Shown: in pieces, positions 50,050 through 56,086 of the stretch | Numbering within the stretch: position 1 is the first letter of the stretch | Layout: every line of letters starts with the position of its first letter | DNA from: Catajapyx aquilonaris | Taxonomy: Eukaryota | Assembly (NCBI GenBank): GCA_000934665.2 | Contig: KZ538535.1 | Coordinates: 62,001 to 118,086, forward strand | Direction: 5' to 3' | Length of the DNA: 56,086 nucleotides | Program-made: the position numbers and the translations under genes | The notes under the pieces: generated by a model | What the model saw: the letters and a program-made list of their open reading frames with translations, nothing else | Told to the model about the DNA's origin: nothing | The model's database searches: none

Positions 50050-53000
50050 CACTGAGAAAAAACTGTGCCAGTTATGGCAACAGCCAAGTGTTATTCCTTC
50101 CTATACCAATTCCAAGTCACATTCCTAACAAAAGTACCTTCATAGGAGAAATGCTGACACTTTGGGCAGTACTTGATCAAAAGCTGTGGTACACTTCCAA
50201 GTTCCCAGTGTGGCAGAACTTAGCTAGTAAGGGGCCCAAGAGCCTTTTAGAAGGGAAGGTTGCTTCAATACTGCAAGCATTGCAGTGGGAGATAGAATCC
50301 ACACTGGCTGATGCTGCTCATCTGTAGGGGGGATGCAAACAATATATTCCAGAACTTGGTGTTCCCTTTCCGCACATGAATGTTTGCAACATGCTGCAGA
50401 ACTGATTCCAACCGTTCCCTGTCAGAATACATAGATGTGTCATCACTCTACACTGCTTGCAGCATGAACAGCACAAACATACCTGAGGCTCACAGTGTCT
50501 CCTTCACAGATGTTGCGCAACACCACCAGAAATGGTTAACTATGGAAGTCTTGCACTTCTGCAGCAACCGGTTTCCTTTTCTCCTGGACACCTGATCTGT
50601 CTTTTAACCAATGTTCTCGGCCACATCCCAAATGTCACGTTGGTGTTCAATGTTCGAATACTTTTGCGCCAGGCAAGCGGCTACCCCAACATGCCTGTCC
50701 TTGTCAAAAGTGGCTATTTTGATAGCAGAATATTAGTGATACGTTCCAAAACAATTTGGAATGCAGCCTTCTCCAGTTTGTTAGCACAAGTTGTTTCCAT
50801 CTGAAATGAAAGTAGCCATGCATGATGCTGCATGTACATACAAATTAATGATTCTTTCAGTCACTATTTTACAAAATACCTATTATAAATAATAACACTG
50901 CTGATTATACAACAAAAGGGAAAGGTTTATTGGTGCAAAGATAATTATTGGAGACCATAAATCATTCCTTTACAACGGCATGCAGCATAATTTTGAAGTG
51001 AATAGGAGGGAAGAAAATTCAATAAATAGTAAGTTTTTATTCCTCCTTTTTAACTAGAGCATACCTGACCAACTTGTAGGACCTCAAAGTCCAGAATCTT
51101 CTTGGCCTTGATGTTCCTGATGTTATAGGTCAAATATTTGGCATTGTGGCCTGGTGAGTCGTACCTGCCATGTCCTGCTATAAAATAAGTCCTTCAGGCT
51201 CTCCTAGAAGGTCATCAATGGTGGACTCTCTGGTCTTTTCCCAGTGCTGGCATAAGGCAGGGAAAATGCGATTCTTCTGCACATTATAGAACCATGTTTT
51301 TCTAGGATGGTGCACTGACATGGACTCTTAGCCAGTCACGAATCCTTACATAGCTTAGGCCTTTCAACATAGTTGTGGCAGGAAGTAAGTACATTTCCTT
51401 GTGCCACAGTTTTTGACTTAGAGATGTCGAGTCCAACCCCGATATCATTGTACCAAGTGTTCACGTGGCCATTGTAGCAGCACATCTTTGCCTTGATCAT
51501 TGTGCCACTGCCACCTGCAATTATATTCTTCCCCTGCACAGGACAGCCACAGTTCGGGCAATTGGCCAAGAGTTTCTCCAGCTATACTCATGGTAAACCA
51601 AGTAATATCTTCTTCCAGATTCCAAGCTGTCCTCTAGATCTAATGAGGAAGCATCACATTCTGGCCGGGACTGTATAGCTAGCTAATGTTCCTTCCTCTT
51701 CTTCTCACCACAATTTGCTGGGATCTTCACATGTGATGGAGACTTGGGCTCCAACAGAGACTCTCCATCAGCTTGGCCAGCAAGCTCACATCTGATGACC
51801 ATGCAAAATCACAATATAAGAATATTGTACTGGAGCTGCTCTTGTACATGAAACAATAAGACAAGTACGAAATGAGACAGGCATTACCAAAGCAACATCG
51901 TGCTCCAATTCTGTACAGTGCATGCAGAGTGATGTAATCACCTAGGTCAGCTGTTTTCTTTCTCTTTGGGGTGGAAGTGTGAGGTCCGTTGGGGTCACCA
52001 TCTGCATGTATGGCTGCAGAAAAAACTGTGAGCTGCTGAGGTGGCTGTGCCAACAGTTCTTGTGATCTTAACACCAAGGCAGCATTGAGTGGAGATGCTT
52101 TGAAACATAATTGTCTGCAATAGACTATGTCATGGAGTAGGCACAAATGTATATTTATGACTTTAGCAATTTCGTAAATAGCATATATGCTACTAATTCT
52201 TCTGACACTTACTGAGACAGTTTGTGTGCCTGTGGTTTGGACATCCTTTACATTCAGAGCACACTGCACTGACCCACCATGGGATGTCGTGCTGTTGCCA
52301 CTATATCATGGGATGCTGCGGTTGGGGCATCCTTGACATTCAGCGCACACAGCACTGATGCACCATGGACGAGTGTGTGCTCAAGTCACCACCATCATGA
52401 TTGATCATTGACTGGAAGGAAAATTTGATCATATACGTATTATATGGCAGGTCATTGTCAGTATGTTGAATTATAGGCTTCAGAAAGGCTTCAGAAAGGG
52501 AGACGGAGTGGCGCCGCGGTAACGCGTGCGCCCACGGAAGTTAAGGTCCCGGGTTCAATCCCCACCCGGGGTTCCCACCTTCTTTCGTGCAGAGTTGGGC
52601 CATCTCTGGCTTCGTTTCGGGTGGCAATTTCCGATAGACTAAGCCACCCGGGGGAGTTCACAAAATGACCAATTAACGACAGCGCACATGCACTTTGCAC
52701 ATCCCCTCCTAACTACCTTGGAGTATACTAATAAGATTATTCTTAACTCGCTCCAAAAAAAACAAATACCAATGGTGGTAATCCACCACCCCCTATAGAC
52801 CTAAACTACAGGTCATCACGGGGTAAATGAAAAAAAAAAAAAAGGCTTCAGAACAAAATACCATGTGCACGCTGAATGAAACTGGCTATGGGGACACCTA
52901 AGAAATAAAACCAGTTTAGTTCTTCAGCAACATGATTGTGTACTTCGCTGAGTACTCTAATTCTGTTCATAATTGACGCGCTTACCTGTGACTGCATGAA

Positions 53001-53230
53001 GGTACAGCATGCAGATTCAAACGAAGGCGAGTGAAGTGGTCTGTCCTGAAGTGCGCATTATCTTCTTGTCTACTCTCAAATGTTCCTTCCCAAAGTAAAG
53101 TAATTCCCACGCAGAGATGCACGGCGCATGCGTCTGTAATGACAAGGTGTAGGTTCGAATTAAGCGCGCCTACTTCAACACTGGAAGTGCGACAAGCAGC
53201 ACTGCGCGTGGACAAAAACGCCCTGTGAAT
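50050..53230 (-). pseudogene. Decayed intron-containing DDE transposase gene, Kolobok-like, with possible THAP domain remnant
   Basis: Collinear motifs on the - strand: RLRL..AVPS (THAP-like, about 53000), CPNC..C.NGH...W (51569-51450), GHGRYDSPGHNAKY (about 51175-51135), GT-AG intron 51064-50801, DRH, EHQRDIW, SIVNHFWWC, HTGNLEVYHS..KYCPK..FSY (about 50210-50140). Multiple stops and frameshifts. Confidence 0.75.
52498..52840 (+). mobile_element. tRNA-derived SINE, family B, with poly(A) tail, inserted in the transposase pseudogene
   Basis: B box GGTTCAATCCC; tail CATCACGGGGTAAATG(A)n; TSD AAAGGCTTCAGAA (52484-52496 and 52841-52853). Confidence 0.85.
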
Positions 53231-55129
53231 TTTTACTCCTGATATAATATAACATACTAATTTTCACGTCACCTCGTGTATAACAGAGACCATTTCTGGG
53301 TCTATCTCTTGGTGGAAAAATAATTTTGCTGTTTGATTACTCAGCTTCTTTTCCCAGGCACAGGAAAGCATGGCATACTCCTGGAGCGGAGGTGATTTTC
53401 CCACCTGTCACTGATCTAACACTTGCCGAACAGGTCAAAATATTTCCTTTAATCCTATTTTTGGCAGTGAGAAGGCATGAGAAAATGAGGTATTTTTTTG
53501 CCATGTGTAATTATTTACGAGTGAGCTAAATTTGTATATTTGTGTGTATAGTTTCCTTACCCAGTCATTAGCGTGCATTATAAGCATGTCGAAAGAAGAA
53601 AACTTTGCGTATTCGTTGCAAAACTGACAACTTGGCTATAACATACTGATGTCCTCGGTCCCTTGAAGTCTGTTATATCCGGATTAAAATGTATTAGGCT
53701 ATAAAAGGCACAGTTTGTTCGTTCGTTTGTTCATTTGGTTTCCAAAGGTATCAATAATGTTTGATTGCCTGTGTTGATTACAATATGCCATAATTATGGA
53801 AACAGGTCGTGCCAAGAACGGATTCCGCTACTACAATAGTCAACAACTAACTTTGACATGCAGTTAGAGGTTTAGAGAAACTTTGTCAGTTGTCTGCTAA
53901 CCCCCAGTTAAACGATTGGAACCAAGAGATACATTGCTCTTGTTGAATCTCAATTAAAACACTCAAATTCCCGCTTCATCTCGACATATGACAACATCGC
54001 ACGCCAAAGCCAGCGCATGCGCAGACCTACCATCCGAGCCCCGCAATGGCGCCACCAAGTCGAACAAAGAGGCCCGAAATCCCGCCCAAAGTGTCAGGGT
54101 AGCCAATCTTGCCAGCGTGGGACGGAGGAGGGTGGGGGGGAGTCTAACTATATTCCCTACTCTGAGGGGGGAGTACGCGCCTGTTTGGATCAGTGGTGCC
54201 ATCCTCTCCCGCCCCTTCCCTATTACTTTCCGCAGCTTTCCGTTGTTGTCGGTTCCTTTCATTGCCCATCTTAGGTTGGCTACCCCCCTTCTAATTCTGC
54301 CTCCCTCTTCCCCAGTCCCTTGCCCCCTTCCCTCTCACCCCCTGTTCTTCTGTCAGTTCCAGGAAGTGTTCCACTGCGGTGGAACACTTCCTGGAACTGC
54401 TCTGCTTCCAGCCCCGTTTGCGCCCCGCAGGATCTTCCTCAGAATATTCCGTCTGACCAGCACCAGGAGAACGCGTTCATACAGCTGACACCGCAATGAC
54501 TGCTGCACCCCATCAGATGCGACGTAAACACGAGATTTTCACTTACGCCGTTTTTACAACTTATTTGCGTGGCTGTACAAAAATTACCCTTAACTTTTGG
54601 TAGTTGGTCTAACCGTAGAAAAACTCCATAAGGTGCCCAGAACGTGGTAAAAAAAATCGATTTTGGCTCGAAGTGCATAATTCCGTCAAAAAAATGATGT
54701 CGGACTCGAAGGACAGGCAAGTGGCTGGGTGAGGCGCGCCAAGGAAGTGAGTCCAACCCGGGCGTTTGCACTCCGGTGGTGGGCGACAGTGATGTGTGAG
54801 TACTGGTCACATCCCCCTCCCCCAGCATCCACCGTGCACTCGGTCGTAACTCGAGTAATCCGTCTCAAATCGGGCACAAGGCCCGTTTCCCCATGCAGAG
54901 CGCCTGTTTTCATAATGAGCGGGAGATTTTGTCATCTGGGGGACGTCACGCGGCTGCTTCGCGCTGATTGGCCAGACCGCTTACGGCGCTACCCTTTCTT
55001 CTATTTACCCTCCACCTTCCGTATGACGTCACTAGGCAAGATGGCCTCCACTGGAGGAATTGATGACTTTCCAGTTGCACGCCCCTAGCGGCCAAATTTG
55101 GCCTGCCATCAAAATGGCGGCGTTAGCTA

Positions 55130-56086
55130 TGCAGAGGCGGGATTTTCCTATCCCTGCCCATGTTAAATGGCCTCTGCTTGCTCGCGTCTGGGGGTCTGGC
55201 CCCGGGGCAGATCTTGTTGACATATTTTTTTCTGGAGTGAGGAGGTTCCTGGCCTGCCCTCACCAGGTTCCAAAAGTTAATTGGCCCCCGGGCGGACCGC
55301 CCCCGGAGTGATTTCGTGAATGGTGATCGCGCTTTTCTCGCTGCTGTCCGGGCTCCGATTGTCCGCGTCTGGGGGTCTGGCCCCGGGTCAGATCTTGGTG
55401 ACATATTTTTTTGTGGAGTGAGGATGTTCCTGGCCTGCCCTCACCAGGTTCCAAAAGTTAATTGGCCCCCGGAGTGATTTTGTGAGTGCGAGTTTCTCAT
55501 TACTAATATCCGGTCTCTTCATTGTCCGCGTCTGATATGGTTTGGCCCCGGGGCTGATCTTGCTGGTTTTTTTTTGAGTGACCATAGAGACCGGACCTTC
55601 CATTTTACCAGGTGCCTGAAGTGAATCGGCCCCGAGGCGAAGTGCCCCCGGACCCGGAGTGATTTTCTTTTATGGTGGTGACTGCGCTTTTCTCATTATT
55701 ACGTATATCTGGGCTCCGATTGTTTGCGTCTGGCGGTTTGGCCCCGGGGCAGATCTTGCTGAGGATGAACCCTTTTGACTATGTTTGTGTGAGTTTGTAG
55801 CTTGCTCATTTAAAAAAATCTGTCATATGTTATAATGAATGTTTGCGATACGATTGTACCGTATACGTGCATATTTTTGCAACAGTTCTGTTATGCTGGG
55901 AGTGTAATGTGACACTGTAATTTATGACATTAGTGGAACCATTTTAAAAATGCTCAGCAAGATCTACCACGGGGTCAAACCACCAGATGCGGACAATCGG
56001 AGCCCAGATAATAATGAGAAAAGCTCTGTCACCACTATAACAAAATCATTCCGGGTCCGGGGGAACTTCGCCTCGGGGCCGATTCA
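55130..56086. mobile_element. Foldback-like element: tandem ~180-bp units in the left arm, AT-rich centre, inverted right arm cut by the window end
   Basis: GCGTCTG..TGGCCCCGGG..GATCTTG recurs at about 55185, 55365, 55528 and 55726; 55622-55762 is the reverse complement of 55953-56086. Confidence 0.72.

Noticed and set aside
53963..54488. 166-aa and 99-aa ORFs near the right end
   Set aside because: No recognisable domain; low-complexity C-rich composition within a repeat-rich region.
55180..55760. Regularly spaced repeats resembling a CRISPR array
   Set aside because: Eukaryotic context, the 'spacers' are homologous to one another, and there are no cas genes. These are tandem units of a foldback-like element.

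Overview
Eukaryotic DNA, most likely insect (inferred from the gene family and repeat content), from a draft assembly with short N gaps. The only intact gene I can support is a multi-exon + strand gene for a Sidestep-family (nephrin-like) immunoglobulin-superfamily membrane protein. Ten coding exons from 21301 to 47876 splice with canonical GT-AG sites and consistent phases. They encode three Ig domains (probably Ig3-Ig5), an FN3 domain, a TM helix, the NPDIIP juxtamembrane motif and a tyrosine-motif-rich tail, about 630 codons in all. I did not find the 5' exons (signal peptide, Ig1-2); they probably lie upstream of the window. The gene appears able to make two different PDZ-binding C-termini (..RESTV* or ..VATRF*) and has in-frame tandem splice sites. 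The rest of the window is intronic or intergenic and rich in transposons: tRNA-derived SINEs (several with TSDs and shuffled tails), non-autonomous DNA elements of Tc1/mariner, P-like, Harbinger-like, Mutator-like, hAT and piggyBac type, a Helitron, a decayed Penelope element, a decayed intron-containing Kolobok-like transposase on the - strand, and a foldback-like element at the right end. Most ORFs in the supplied track are spurious. I found no convincing wholly novel system; the best leads are the isoform switches and the SINE modularity. All family assignments come from motif recognition by eye, not database searches.
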